A stretch of DNA of 64,000 nt, from assembly GCA_022764085.1 (NCBI GenBank), contig JALERP010000177.1, positions 2,682 to 66,681 of the forward strand. The letters are read 5' to 3'. This document shows positions 46,902-56,795 of this stretch, piece after piece (the first letter of the stretch is position 1; each line of letters opens with the position of its first letter). The notes beneath the pieces were generated by a model. It saw nothing but the letters and a program-made list of their open reading frames with translations. It did no database searches and was not told where the DNA came from. The translations under genes were made by a program, and so were the position numbers. This DNA is from Prevotella sp. GTDB lineage: Bacteria > Bacteroidota > Bacteroidia > Bacteroidales > Bacteroidaceae.

Positions 46902-49813
46902 CAGAATTTAAAGTTCCTCAGCGTCTCCTGCATGAATATCGCGTCCATGGTCCATGTGGCGCAATCGTTGGTCCAGAGGTTGGGCTTGGGTGATTGGTCG
47001 CGTGAACCCAGAGGGAGATTGTTCAGGAGACTGTCCCATGCCGCCTTGGCGGTGGGGGCGTTACCCTGCCATGCGGCATAAGCTTGCAGACGGGGAATTC
47101 TGAACTTGTTGCGCTTTATCTCGAATGCCTTCTCCTTGTATTGGCTGTTGTGAATGCGCCACAGATAGAAGAACTGCGGATTGTCTATCGACAGCTGAAG
47201 CTCGTTGACAAGCTCGAATCCTCCCATGATGGGCATTAGGTGATTGGTGGTTTGCTCGTCAGGCATGTCGGTGGAGATGATGCCTGTGGCAGGGTCGTAA
47301 CCTAATGCCATCGGACCCTGGAAGAAATGGTGGGGAAGGCTTACGATGGAGTTCATGCCTGTGAGCAGTTTGTCGCGGTATTTCTGATTGCCCGTGCGCT
47401 CCCATTCGGTGAGCCAGTTGGAGGCGTAGCCCATCCAGTCGGGACCTATCCTCAGACGTGCGGGTGCCGAACAAGGATATTTGTCGCGGGGTTGGGCGAG
47501 GCGCATGGGGTCGAGTGTATATAATAAGGTGTCGGCATCAGCTACCTCGTGCATGATGTCGCCAAGACGCTCGTCGGCAGTGAGATAATACATAAACCTG
47601 TTCCACCAGGCCTCGCTGATTCTCGACTCCTTGGCGCCGCATCCCCAGTGTATCACGTTGTGACGGCTGCCAAGGCCCGCATGAGGCCCCGCATGATATG
47701 TGTCAACCTCAGAGCAGTGGCGCGTCATGGCTTCAGCCATGCGCCATATCCTGCGGTCAGCGGTGCGCAGGAACTGATACCAGAACATCGTGGGCGAGGC
47801 CAGTTCGGTGTTGTCCCAGGCATATCCTCCCACGTCATACCTCCATTGGTCGCGACTGGCGTCGTAGCCGTGCATCACGTCACCATAGTTGAAGAACCCG
47901 TACCATCCGTTGCGCTCAATCTCCCTTTCATAGAAGTCCATTATACCACAGAGTGTACCCTCGACGAGCGAGTCGCGACGAGTCTCGATGACAGGTAGGC
48001 TCCAGATGCCGAAAGCCCTCTTGCGGTGCAGATATGCAGGAGTTGGCAGCAGGATGCTCTCCTCCTCAGAGTCGGGATTAATATATAATGTGCTTGTGCG
48101 CGCTATGCCCCATGCGGTGCTCATCCCCGGCTGTACATCCTCGTAGGAGGATTCGAGCGAGTGGGCGATGGTGTCGTAATGAGCGAAACTGTATGCCTCG
48201 ACCTCGGGAGAATAGAGCGATACGGTGACTATGGCTGAGTCGCCCCTCGCGTTATCCACCTGCAGTGTGGAGGGATAGCTCTGCCAAAAATCCTTTAGTC
48301 GGAATACCGTTGACGATGTACTGTCGCCAATCTCCACACGTCCGTTGCTTCTGTTGCCCTCGATAGTGCCAATCCACGGAGTAATGCTCGTGGCGCGCTT
48401 CCTTATGGAATAGCCGTTAGGCGATAGTTGGCTAAGTCGGAATCCGTCCCACTTGGCTATGTGCTGAAGAGCGTGAAGGGTATTGGGGTCCTTTCTTTCC
48501 ATGTCGATGGGACGGCGGGCTATGAGCGGTTGCACTGACATCGGGGTGCGGTTGTCAAACCTAACGTATCTCTCGTAAGCCTCACCGTGCATTGGCACTT
48601 TGAAATGGATGGACAGTTCGTTGAGACCCTCGTTGTTGAGGGTACTGTCAACGAGCAGGGTATGCATAAACTTCACCTGCCTGCTTCCGTGGTATGTATA
48701 TGCGCGGATTATGAAATTGTCGCCGCTGTATTTATGCACAGTGCTTATATATCCCTGTCTTTCAATGATATGTTCGCGTATGGGACATTCCTTATGGTTG
48801 AGGGTAACGGAGAACGGGGGTATGGCACCCTCAACAGTTACAATCGTATTGCCGGCATTGTTCTTGCGTGCCGAAGCCTTGTTCTTGCGTGCCGAAGCCT
48901 TGTTCTTTTTTATATCAGACACGGAGAGGATACATGAATCCACCGCTTGCGGTATGACAGCAGTGAAAGCCTGCCACTTGCAGCTGCCATCGGGCCATGT
49001 CGCAAGGGGGCGGGTCTCGAAGTCGATATCCTCGCCTTTGTCAGTCTTCAGGGTGAAGGCTTTGTCACGGTTGTTGGTCTCCCCTTTGTCGAACGGCACT
49101 CCAAAGGTGACGGCTCCCTGTCCCTTGCCTCCAATCCACTTGAGCGTGATTCCGTCGTTGTCGGGATTGCGGCAGGAGTAGGAAAAGTTCTTCATCTCGG
49201 CATGGGCGAGGGTAGTGCGGAATCCGAAATATCCGCTTTTAAGGGGTAGCGGGTCAACGTAATCCACAAGACATTCGCCGTCTATGATATATCTTACCCT
49301 TCCGTCGATAGCTTCCAGTCGGATGTGATACCAGTGGTCGGCCTTGATGAGATGGTCTGCATCAGTGTATTCGCGCAGGATAATGGGTTTGAGCCATTCC
49401 TCCTCCACCGATGGTGCATAGCCGGTGTAACGACGGAAGCGGGTGGTAGTGTTCCAGTTGCCGCCATATCCCATGTAATACATCTTCAGCGCATAGTTGT
49501 TGGCGAATTTTCCTCCATATCCCCCACATTTGTCTGCCATCCAGAAGCAGTTGAGGTCGCTGACGCGTATATCCCCCTTGTCGTTGCGGAACTGCGGGTC
49601 GCTGACAATGCGCGCGTCATATTCGATGATGGTGTTGCCCGTCATCCTGTTGGTGTTCCAGAGCGTCAGTCCCTTTGGGGCGATGATGGTGGTGACCCCG
49701 TCCTTGGTGGTTACCGTGGATGACGCGTCCTCGGCCTCAGTCCACCATTCGCCCTTGGCGTTGGCGAGAATTGCGATTGTCAATAGCAGACAAGTGATAA
49801 GTAGTTTTTTCAT
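46901..49813 (-). CDS. Exported protein: DUF6250/YesU-like N-domain plus exo-rhamnogalacturonan lyase (PL26, YetA/PcRGLX-like)
   Basis: N-domain SDLNCFWMA...GGNWNTTTRFRRY; lyase-region motifs GVPF, LATWPDGSCKW, WYGFFNYGDVMH, YDVGGYAWDNTE and GSRHNVIHWG. Confidence 0.78.
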   Translation of the reverse strand: MKKLLITCLLLTIAILANAKGEWWTEAEDASSTVTTKDGVTTIIAPKGLTLWNTNRMTGNTIIEYDARIVSDPQFRNDKGDIRVSDLNCFWMADKCGGYGGKFANNYALKMYYMGYGGNWNTTTRFRRYTGYAPSVEEEWLKPIILREYTDADHLIKADHWYHIRLEAIDGRVRYIIDGECLVDYVDPLPLKSGYFGFRTTLAHAEMKNFSYSCRNPDNDGITLKWIGGKGQGAVTFGVPFDKGETNNRDKAFTLKTDKGEDIDFETRPLATWPDGSCKWQAFTAVIPQAVDSCILSVSDIKKNKASARKNKASARKNNAGNTIVTVEGAIPPFSVTLNHKECPIREHIIERQGYISTVHKYSGDNFIIRAYTYHGSRQVKFMHTLLVDSTLNNEGLNELSIHFKVPMHGEAYERYVRFDNRTPMSVQPLIARRPIDMERKDPNTLHALQHIAKWDGFRLSQLSPNGYSIRKRATSITPWIGTIEGNRSNGRVEIGDSTSSTVFRLKDFWQSYPSTLQVDNARGDSAIVTVSLYSPEVEAYSFAHYDTIAHSLESSYEDVQPGMSTAWGIARTSTLYINPDSEEESILLPTPAYLHRKRAFGIWSLPVIETRRDSLVEGTLCGIMDFYEREIERNGWYGFFNYGDVMHGYDASRDQWRYDVGGYAWDNTELASPTMFWYQFLRTADRRIWRMAEAMTRHCSEVDTYHAGPHAGLGSRHNVIHWGCGAKESRISEAWWNRFMYYLTADERLGDIMHEVADADTLLYTLDPMRLAQPRDKYPCSAPARLRIGPDWMGYASNWLTEWERTGNQKYRDKLLTGMNSIVSLPHHFFQGPMALGYDPATGIISTDMPDEQTTNHLMPIMGGFELVNELQLSIDNPQFFYLWRIHNSQYKEKAFEIKRNKFRIPRLQAYAAWQGNAPTAKAAWDSLLNNLPLGSRDQSPKPNLWTNDCATWTMDAIFMQETLRNFKF
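48858..48907. repeat. In-frame 21-bp tandem repeat (KNKASAR, about 2.4 copies)
   Basis: ttgttcttgcgtgccgaagcc x2 plus ttgttctt. Confidence 0.9.
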
Positions 49814-49839
49814 GTATGTTTTTTATTTAAGTCCTTTAC

Positions 49840-50919
49840 TTACGAAAGTTGAGCCTTTTTGATTGTCAATCCGTCGAGCAGCGAGACGTATGTCTCTATG
49901 GCTTTACGAATTTCGGATATACATATAAACTCATCGGCAGAGTGTGAGCGGGATGACTCTCCCGGACCGAGTTTCAACGAGGGGAATGGCATAAGGGCCT
50001 GGTCGGAGAGGGTGGGTGAGCCGAAGGGATTCATACCCATCGACACGCAACGTCTCACAACAGGATGTTCCGGGTCAATCCTCGATGAGCTGAGACGGAC
50101 TGAACGGGCGCGGCATTCGCTCTTGAGGTGCTTCTGCAGATATGAGAGCACATACTCGTTGCGATAGAACTCGTTGGTGCGTATGTCGATGGTGAACTCG
50201 CAGTTGTCGGGGATGACATTGTGCTGAGTGCCTGATTTGATGATGGTTACGGTCATCTTTGTAGGTCCAAGCAGAGAACTGGTCTTGCGGAACCCATGCT
50301 TGCGAATCCATTCGATGTCGTCAATGGCGATATATAAGGCATTGACCCCCTCGTCGCGTGCGGCATGACCAGTCTTGCCATGGGCAACGCAATCCACCAC
50401 CATCAGTCCCTTCTCGGCGATGGCGGGCTGCATGCCCGTTGGTTCGCCCACAATCGCCACGTCAATAGGAGGCAACTGGGGAAGGGCGCGCTCAAAACCG
50501 TCCTTGCCCGACACTTCCTCCTCCGCAGAGGCAAGATATACAAGGTTGTAACTGCGCTCGCGGGAGTTAAGGATGTCAAACACCTGCAGCAGTGATACAA
50601 GACCTCCACCGCAGTCGTTGCTGCCCAGTCCATACAATCTTCCGTCGAAGACTTCAGGCTTGAAAGGGTCGCGGGTCCATGTGGCAGCAGGTTTTACTGT
50701 GTCGATATGGGCATTGAGCAGGATGGTGGGCTTGGCTTCGTCGAAGTCATGGCATATAACCCACACGTTGTTAGCGTCGCGCCTTGGGTCTAATCCCATC
50801 TCCCCGATGTGTTTCTGCATAATGTCGGCAGCCGTTTTCTCGTCACGGCTCACCGATGGTGTCGAAATCAGCTGGCTCAGTAGGGCAACAGCCTTGTCGG
50901 TATAATTGTCGTAATTCAT
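49840..50919 (-). CDS. M20 family metallohydrolase, acetylornithine deacetylase (ArgE)-like
   Basis: NAHIDTV, GLGSND, SAEEE, VGEPT and SHSADE motifs; TAACTTTG at 50942-50949 (minus). Confidence 0.85.
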   Translation of the reverse strand: MNYDNYTDKAVALLSQLISTPSVSRDEKTAADIMQKHIGEMGLDPRRDANNVWVICHDFDEAKPTILLNAHIDTVKPAATWTRDPFKPEVFDGRLYGLGSNDCGGGLVSLLQVFDILNSRERSYNLVYLASAEEEVSGKDGFERALPQLPPIDVAIVGEPTGMQPAIAEKGLMVVDCVAHGKTGHAARDEGVNALYIAIDDIEWIRKHGFRKTSSLLGPTKMTVTIIKSGTQHNVIPDNCEFTIDIRTNEFYRNEYVLSYLQKHLKSECRARSVRLSSSRIDPEHPVVRRCVSMGMNPFGSPTLSDQALMPFPSLKLGPGESSRSHSADEFICISEIRKAIETYVSLLDGLTIKKAQLS

Positions 50920-51076
50920 GTGCATAGTTGCAATTTTGGGACAAAGTTATACAAAAATGCCCGAAATACAAAAGAAAGTATGGAAAAATATGCCCTAAAA
51001 CAAAATATTCTTGCAAATTGTTTTGTAGTTTGGCTAAGATTTCGTATTTTTGCATTAAATTTTTAAATATACAGCG

Positions 51077-52885
51077 ATGAAAGTGAATTGTCATCTATCG
51101 GTTTTGGTTCACGAGCAAGCCAAGCAATATGGCGACCGTGAGGAGATTATCTACAAGGATTTTGGAGGCTCCGAGTGGAAGTCATTGTCATGGAACCAAC
51201 TCTCGGCTACGGTAAAGCAAGTGTCTAACGCATTGCTCAACCTCGGGGTTAAGGTGCAGGAGAACATCGGCATCTTCTCCAACAACAGTGTGCAATATCT
51301 GTTTTGCGATTTCGGAGCGTGGGGAATTAGGGCGGTGACCATACCATTTTATGCGACAAGCAGCGAGCAGCAGATACAGTTTATGGTGAACGATGCGTCG
51401 GTGAGATTCCTGTTTGTTGGCGAGCAGGACCAGTATGACAAGGCGCATCGCATATTCGCGCTTTGCCCCACACTCGAGCGCATCATTATCTTCGACAAAA
51501 CTGTGCGAATAAGCAGTCACGACCCCAATGCCCTGTATTTCGATGATTTCCTGAAATTGGGCGAGGGACTGCCCCGGCAGACTGAGGTGGAAAAACTACA
51601 GGCTGAGGCATCAATGGATGACCTTGCCAACATATTATATACAAGCGGTACAACAGGCGACAGCAAAGGGGTTATGCTTAGTCATGGTCAGTACTATGCC
51701 GCGCTTAAGGGAAACCAAAAAGCTGTGACCGTAGATGAGAATGACCGTGTGCTCAACTTCCTCCCGTTTGCGCATATCTTCGAGAAGGGCTGGGCGTTGC
51801 TCGGAATGTCGGTGGGAGCAAAGATGATTGTCAACACCTATCCACAGGAAGTGCAGCAGTCTATGCGCGAGACCCATCCCACGAGTATGTCGGCAGTGCC
51901 TCGATTCTGGGAGAAGGTATATACGGGTGTGATGGAGAAGATAGACAATGCTGGTGCTTTGCAGCGAAAGATATTCCATAACGCATTAGCAGTTGGGCGC
52001 AAACATAATATCGAATATGTCAGTCGAGGCAAACGCCCGCCATTGATGCTGCATTTGGAATACGAGGCCATTAACAAGACATTGTTCAGCATGGTGCGCA
52101 AGGAACTGGGACTCACAAATCCAAATATCTTCCCCACCGCAGGTGCAACGGTATCGGCTCACGTTGAGGAGTTTGTACATTCAATAGGCCTGAACATGGT
52201 GGTAGGTTATGGTTTGACTGAAAGTCTTGCGACAGTGTCGTGTGACAGACTTGATGAAGTGTTCACAATAGGTTCGGTAGGAAGACCGCTCGATGTGGTG
52301 GATGTGAAAATTAGCGAAGATGGTGAGGTGCTGCTCAAGGGCAAGAGCATCACCAAGGGTTATTACAACCGTCCCGACCTCAACGAGAGCACATTCACTC
52401 CCGACGGATATTTCCGTACAGGTGACTGCGGATATATTAAGGACGGGGAGTTGTATCTCACTGAGCGTATAAAGGACCTCTTCAAGACATCCAACGGAAA
52501 GTATATCGCTCCGCAGATGATTGAATCGCTTATGCTCGTTGACAAGTATATAGACCAAATTGCAATCATAGCCGATGAGCGTAAGTTTGTGTCGGCACTG
52601 ATAATTCCCGAATACCGATACCTGGAGGAATATGCCCGTAAGCATGAAATCCCGTTTAAGAACCGTGAGGAACTCTGTGCCAATCCAAAGGTAAACGCCA
52701 TGATTGGCGCACGAATAGAAACACTCCAGCAGCCACTCGCTCATTACGAGCAGATAAAGCGTTTCACACTCATCCCCCATCATTTCAGTATGGAAAACGG
52801 TGAGCTGACGAACACGCTAAAGCTCAAGCGTCGTGTAATCAACGAGAACTACAGGGCGGAGATAGATAAAATGTACGAGGAATAA
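51077..52885 (+). CDS. Long-chain fatty acyl-CoA synthetase (AMP-binding)
   Basis: YTSGTTGDSKG, GYGLTE, FRTGD and ELTNTLKLKR motifs. Confidence 0.92.
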   Translation: MKVNCHLSVLVHEQAKQYGDREEIIYKDFGGSEWKSLSWNQLSATVKQVSNALLNLGVKVQENIGIFSNNSVQYLFCDFGAWGIRAVTIPFYATSSEQQIQFMVNDASVRFLFVGEQDQYDKAHRIFALCPTLERIIIFDKTVRISSHDPNALYFDDFLKLGEGLPRQTEVEKLQAEASMDDLANILYTSGTTGDSKGVMLSHGQYYAALKGNQKAVTVDENDRVLNFLPFAHIFEKGWALLGMSVGAKMIVNTYPQEVQQSMRETHPTSMSAVPRFWEKVYTGVMEKIDNAGALQRKIFHNALAVGRKHNIEYVSRGKRPPLMLHLEYEAINKTLFSMVRKELGLTNPNIFPTAGATVSAHVEEFVHSIGLNMVVGYGLTESLATVSCDRLDEVFTIGSVGRPLDVVDVKISEDGEVLLKGKSITKGYYNRPDLNESTFTPDGYFRTGDCGYIKDGELYLTERIKDLFKTSNGKYIAPQMIESLMLVDKYIDQIAIIADERKFVSALIIPEYRYLEEYARKHEIPFKNREELCANPKVNAMIGARIETLQQPLAHYEQIKRFTLIPHHFSMENGELTNTLKLKRRVINENYRAEIDKMYEE

Positions 52886-52950
52886 AGAATGCTTCTCCCC
52901 ACGGCTATTATGAATCAGAAATATAAATTTAGAGACGAAGATAATAATTA

Positions 52951-54072
52951 ATGATAACCGCAGAACAACTGAAAGATATACTGGACCGCACTGATGCGCT
53001 CCATCGTTATCTTGACATAGACAGAAAGAAAATTGAGTTTGAGGAGGAAGACCTCCGCACACAGGCTCCTGACTTCTGGGATGACCCCAAGAGGGCTGAG
53101 GAGCAGATGAAGAAGGTGAAGTATATCAAGAAATGGATAGACGGATATAATGAGGTGAAGTCGTGTGCCGACGAACTTCAACTTGCTTTCGACTTCTATA
53201 AGGAGGAGATGGTCACCGAAGAAGAGGTGGACGAGAACTATACCAAGGCATTGAAAGCCATCGAAGACCTCGAATTGAAAAACATGCTTAGGCAGAAGGA
53301 AGACCCGATGGACTGCGTGATGAAAATAAATTCGGGCGCAGGTGGTACCGAAAGCCAGGATTGGGCATCTATGCTTATGCGTATGTATCAGCGTTGGGCT
53401 GAGGCTCACGGACACAAGGTGACTATAAGTAACTTGCAGGACGGCGATGAGGCTGGTATAAAGAGCGTCACAATGGAAATTGAGGGAGGGGAGTTCGCTT
53501 ACGGTTACCTCAAGAGCGAGAATGGTGTTCACCGTCTTGTCAGAGTGTCGCCATTCAATGCCCAGGGCAAGCGTATGACGAGCTTTGCCAGTGTGTTTGT
53601 ATCACCTCTTGTGGATGACACTATCGAGGTGTATGTAGATCCGTCGAAGGTGAGCTGGGACTTGTTCCGAAGCGGCGGTGCCGGTGGACAGAACGTCAAC
53701 AAGGTGGAGACGGGTGTGCGATTGAGATATCAGTATGTGGATCCTGACACGGGTGAGGAAGAGGAAATCCTTATAGAGAACACTGAAAGCCGCAAGCAGC
53801 TGGAAAACCGCAACAACGCCATGCGACTGCTTAAATCCCAACTCTACGACCGTGCAATGAAGAAACGCCTTGAAGCACAAGCAAAGATTGAGGCAGGAAA
53901 GAAGAAAATCGAGTGGGGAAGCCAAATCCGCAGTTACGTCTTTGATGACCGCCGGGTGAAAGACCACCGCACAAACTTCCAGACTACCGATGTGGATGGA
54001 GTGATGGACGGCAAAATCGACGGTTTCATCAAGGCCTATCTCATGGAGTTCCCGGTTAATGATGAGCAATGA
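52951..54072 (+). CDS. prfB: Peptide chain release factor 2 (no programmed frameshift)
   Basis: GAGGTES, VSPF, GGAGGQNVNK and WGSQIRSY motifs; single open frame. Confidence 0.96.
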   Translation: MITAEQLKDILDRTDALHRYLDIDRKKIEFEEEDLRTQAPDFWDDPKRAEEQMKKVKYIKKWIDGYNEVKSCADELQLAFDFYKEEMVTEEEVDENYTKALKAIEDLELKNMLRQKEDPMDCVMKINSGAGGTESQDWASMLMRMYQRWAEAHGHKVTISNLQDGDEAGIKSVTMEIEGGEFAYGYLKSENGVHRLVRVSPFNAQGKRMTSFASVFVSPLVDDTIEVYVDPSKVSWDLFRSGGAGGQNVNKVETGVRLRYQYVDPDTGEEEEILIENTESRKQLENRNNAMRLLKSQLYDRAMKKRLEAQAKIEAGKKKIEWGSQIRSYVFDDRRVKDHRTNFQTTDVDGVMDGKIDGFIKAYLMEFPVNDEQ

Positions 54073-54099
54073 AAATGAAATAACTAAAAATTAAAAACT

Positions 54100-54243
54100 A
54101 TGAGCAAGAAAAACAATGCACGTCGTCTGGCTTATCAGGCACGACAGGAGAAAGAAGGCAAGAAAGTTGTTAACTGGATTTTCGGAGTGTTAGTGTTCTT
54201 AGCTATATGCTTCGTTATCTACTCTGTCTATATCATGATGTAA
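54100..54243 (+). CDS. Small single-TM membrane protein (47 aa)
   Basis: Own translation MSKKNNARRLAYQARQEKEGKKVVNWIFGVLVFLAICFVIYSVYIMM*; A-rich leader; its stop overlaps the CYTH ATG (TAATG). Below the ORF-track cutoff. Confidence 0.75.
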   Translation: MSKKNNARRLAYQARQEKEGKKVVNWIFGVLVFLAICFVIYSVYIMM

Positions 54244-54716
54244 TGGCAATAGAGATAGAGAGAAAATTCTTAGTTAACTCCACTGACTATCGTCAGATGG
54301 CCAAGTCGAAAAGCCGTATCCGTCAGGGATATATCTGTCGCGAAAGTGGCAGGACCGTGAGGATAAGGATTCGCGATGGACGAGGGTTCCTTACTATTAA
54401 GGGACCCTCGCCCAACGGTATGGCAAGATATGAGTTTGAGAAGCAGATCTCGCTCAGCGATGCCGAAAATCTATTTGAACTTTGCCAACCGGGGGTTATC
54501 GACAAGACTCGATATCTTGTTGATATGCCCGATGGACATATCTTTGAGGTTGACGAGTTTTATGGAGAAAACGATGGTCTCGTGATTGCCGAGGTGGAAC
54601 TGAAGTCAGAGGATGAACCCTTTGACATGCCACCGTTTATTGAACGGGAAGTTACAGGTGACCGTCGCTATTACAATTCCTATCTGACAGTAAATCCGTT
54701 TACTACCTGGAGCTGA
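54243..54716 (+). CDS. CYTH domain protein
   Basis: EIERKFLV (ExExK), IRQGY, VRIR, RYEFE, FEVDEF and AEVEL motifs. Confidence 0.92.
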   Translation: MAIEIERKFLVNSTDYRQMAKSKSRIRQGYICRESGRTVRIRIRDGRGFLTIKGPSPNGMARYEFEKQISLSDAENLFELCQPGVIDKTRYLVDMPDGHIFEVDEFYGENDGLVIAEVELKSEDEPFDMPPFIEREVTGDRRYYNSYLTVNPFTTWS

Positions 54717-54887
54717 GACCACAGATTATCCCCTGTTATTATTGACCACAGATTACACAGATTGTCACAGATTAAGAGCCATTGGCTCTGATTATAAATC
54801 TGTGCTAATAAAAATCTGTGTTAATCTGTGTAATCTGTGGTCATTAATAAACTTCTCTGTGGTCTAAAAACAAACCCTCTGTGGTCT
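54717..54887. repeat. Large CCACAGATT/AATCTGTGG palindromic repeat element
   Basis: gaccacagattacacagattgtcacagatt - agagccattggctct - aatctgtgttaatctgtgtaatctgtggtc, plus ctctgtggtct x2. Confidence 0.88.
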
Positions 54888-54897
54888 ATATAAAACA

Positions 54898-55296
54898 TCA
54901 GTGGAATTTCCTTAGCGCAAGACCGAAAAGGGCGGCAAGGGTTACACCAGTGGCATTAGCCGCAAGGTCAATCCAGTCGCCGCTGCGTCTGCCGCCGGTG
55001 CAGTACTCCTGGAGCAGTTCGATACATCCGCTCATCAAGATGGGCATTGCCCATGCCCAGAGGGTGAGCTTAAACCTGTCGCACTGCCATTTATGGCACA
55101 GGAGATATTCAATCCAAAGTGTTCCACATGTGCCTCCATACATAGCCACATGTACCCATTTGTCGATGAACGCCACCTCATTGAGTTCGGTCTTTGGTGG
55201 TGTGAAAAACGACAGATACCATATAACTACGAAAAAGAAAACAGATATAGGGTATTTTCTTATAATATTTCCAAATTTAGCCGTATTTTTTTTCAT
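54898..55296 (-). CDS. VanZ-like family membrane protein
   Basis: DKWVHVAMY and IELLQ...RSGDWIDLAANATG motifs. Confidence 0.85.
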   Translation of the reverse strand: MKKNTAKFGNIIRKYPISVFFFVVIWYLSFFTPPKTELNEVAFIDKWVHVAMYGGTCGTLWIEYLLCHKWQCDRFKLTLWAWAMPILMSGCIELLQEYCTGGRRSGDWIDLAANATGVTLAALFGLALRKFH

Positions 55297-55420
55297 TTTT
55301 TTGAGCATATATTTATTAAATGCATATTTTTGATGCGTTTTTTGCATCTTATTTTGCAATTTGCGTGCAAAATTAAGAAATAATTTATACTTTTGCAAGC
55401 AAATTAGAGAGAAAATTAAA

Positions 55421-56782
55421 ATGTCACAGCAAGAAAGAGCAAATTTTGGTAGCAAACTGGGAGTTATTCTCGCCACGGCAGGCAGTGCAGTGGGGTTGGG
55501 GAACGTGTGGCGTTTCCCTTATATGACGGGAGAGAACGGTGGTGCTGCATTTATATTTTTTTATATTCTTTGTGTAATTATACTTGGACTTCCATGTATG
55601 ATTAGTGAGTTTATTATCGGAAGACATGCACAGTCGAACACTGCAAGGGCATACCGCAAGATGTCGGGTAGCAAGGTTTGGGCGTCAATCGGGTATCTTA
55701 GTGTGATAACGGGATTCCTCATCACCAGTTATTATGCAGTGGTGTCGGGATGGTGCCTGCAATACGTTTATGCCTCGGTTATGGGACATCTTCAGGGTGA
55801 CCCAGAGTTCTTCAAGCAGTATTTTGCAGACTTCTCGTCGAATCCTGTGAAACCTATACTGTGGACGGTGATTATTCTTGGTATCACTCATCTCGTGATT
55901 CAGAATGGAGTGCGCAACGGTATTGAGAAGGCATCTAAGATGCTTATGCCCACATTGTTTATATTGCTTTTAGTGTTGGTGGTGTCTTCGTGCATGCTGC
56001 CAAATGCTATTGCAGGTATAGAGTTCCTTTTTAAGCCCGATTTTTCTAAGGTTACTCCCGACGTGCTGCTTAGTGCCCTTGGTCAGGCATTCTATTCAAT
56101 GAGTATTGGTATGGGATGTCTCTGTACATACGCATCATATTTCAGTCGTCAAACCAATCTCTTGAGGTGTGCTGTGCAGATAGGGGTTATCGACACATTT
56201 GTGGCAATACTTGCAGGCTTGATGATTTTCCCCGCGGCATTCTCTGTTGGCGTGAGTCCCGATAGTGGTCCGTCGCTTATCTTCATCACGCTTCCAAATG
56301 TTTTCCAGCAGGCATTTGGCGGAATGCCCGTAGTGGGATATGTGATTTCCTTGGGATTTTATGCCCTGTTGTCGCTTGCAGCACTGACATCGTTGATATC
56401 ATTGCACGAGGTGAGCACGGCATTCTTCCACGAGGAACTTCATGTAGCTCGTGGAAAGGCAGCATTGTTGGTGACAGTGTCATGCAGTGTGGTGGGAGCT
56501 TTCTGTTCGCTGTCCCTATGTGGCTATGACTCATTGAGTATGCTTGGCAAGACAATGTTCGACATATTCGACTTCATCACGGGGCAGGTGTTCCTGCCTG
56601 TATGCGGATTCCTTACATGTCTGATGGTTGGATGGTATCTGCCTCACAAGATAGTAAGAGAGGAGTTCACTAACTGGGGCACGTTGCGTGGAAAGTTCTT
56701 CCATATCTATCTCTTCGGTATCAAATATGTGTGTCCGTTGTGTATATTGATAATATTCCTCCACCAGTTGGGGCTTATATAA
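55421..56782 (+). CDS. Sodium-dependent transporter, SNF/NSS family (copy 1)
   Basis: GSAVGLGNVWRFPY...NGGAAF, GIEKASK and GPSLIF motifs. Confidence 0.93.
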   Translation: MSQQERANFGSKLGVILATAGSAVGLGNVWRFPYMTGENGGAAFIFFYILCVIILGLPCMISEFIIGRHAQSNTARAYRKMSGSKVWASIGYLSVITGFLITSYYAVVSGWCLQYVYASVMGHLQGDPEFFKQYFADFSSNPVKPILWTVIILGITHLVIQNGVRNGIEKASKMLMPTLFILLLVLVVSSCMLPNAIAGIEFLFKPDFSKVTPDVLLSALGQAFYSMSIGMGCLCTYASYFSRQTNLLRCAVQIGVIDTFVAILAGLMIFPAAFSVGVSPDSGPSLIFITLPNVFQQAFGGMPVVGYVISLGFYALLSLAALTSLISLHEVSTAFFHEELHVARGKAALLVTVSCSVVGAFCSLSLCGYDSLSMLGKTMFDIFDFITGQVFLPVCGFLTCLMVGWYLPHKIVREEFTNWGTLRGKFFHIYLFGIKYVCPLCILIIFLHQLGLI

Positions 56783-56795
56783 TATATAATAAGGT

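Noticed and set aside
52948..53532. Long antisense ORFs (this one, 2812-3681, 6033-6770, 40960-41781 and many others)
   Set aside because: Shadow frames of well-supported genes with no recognisable motifs.
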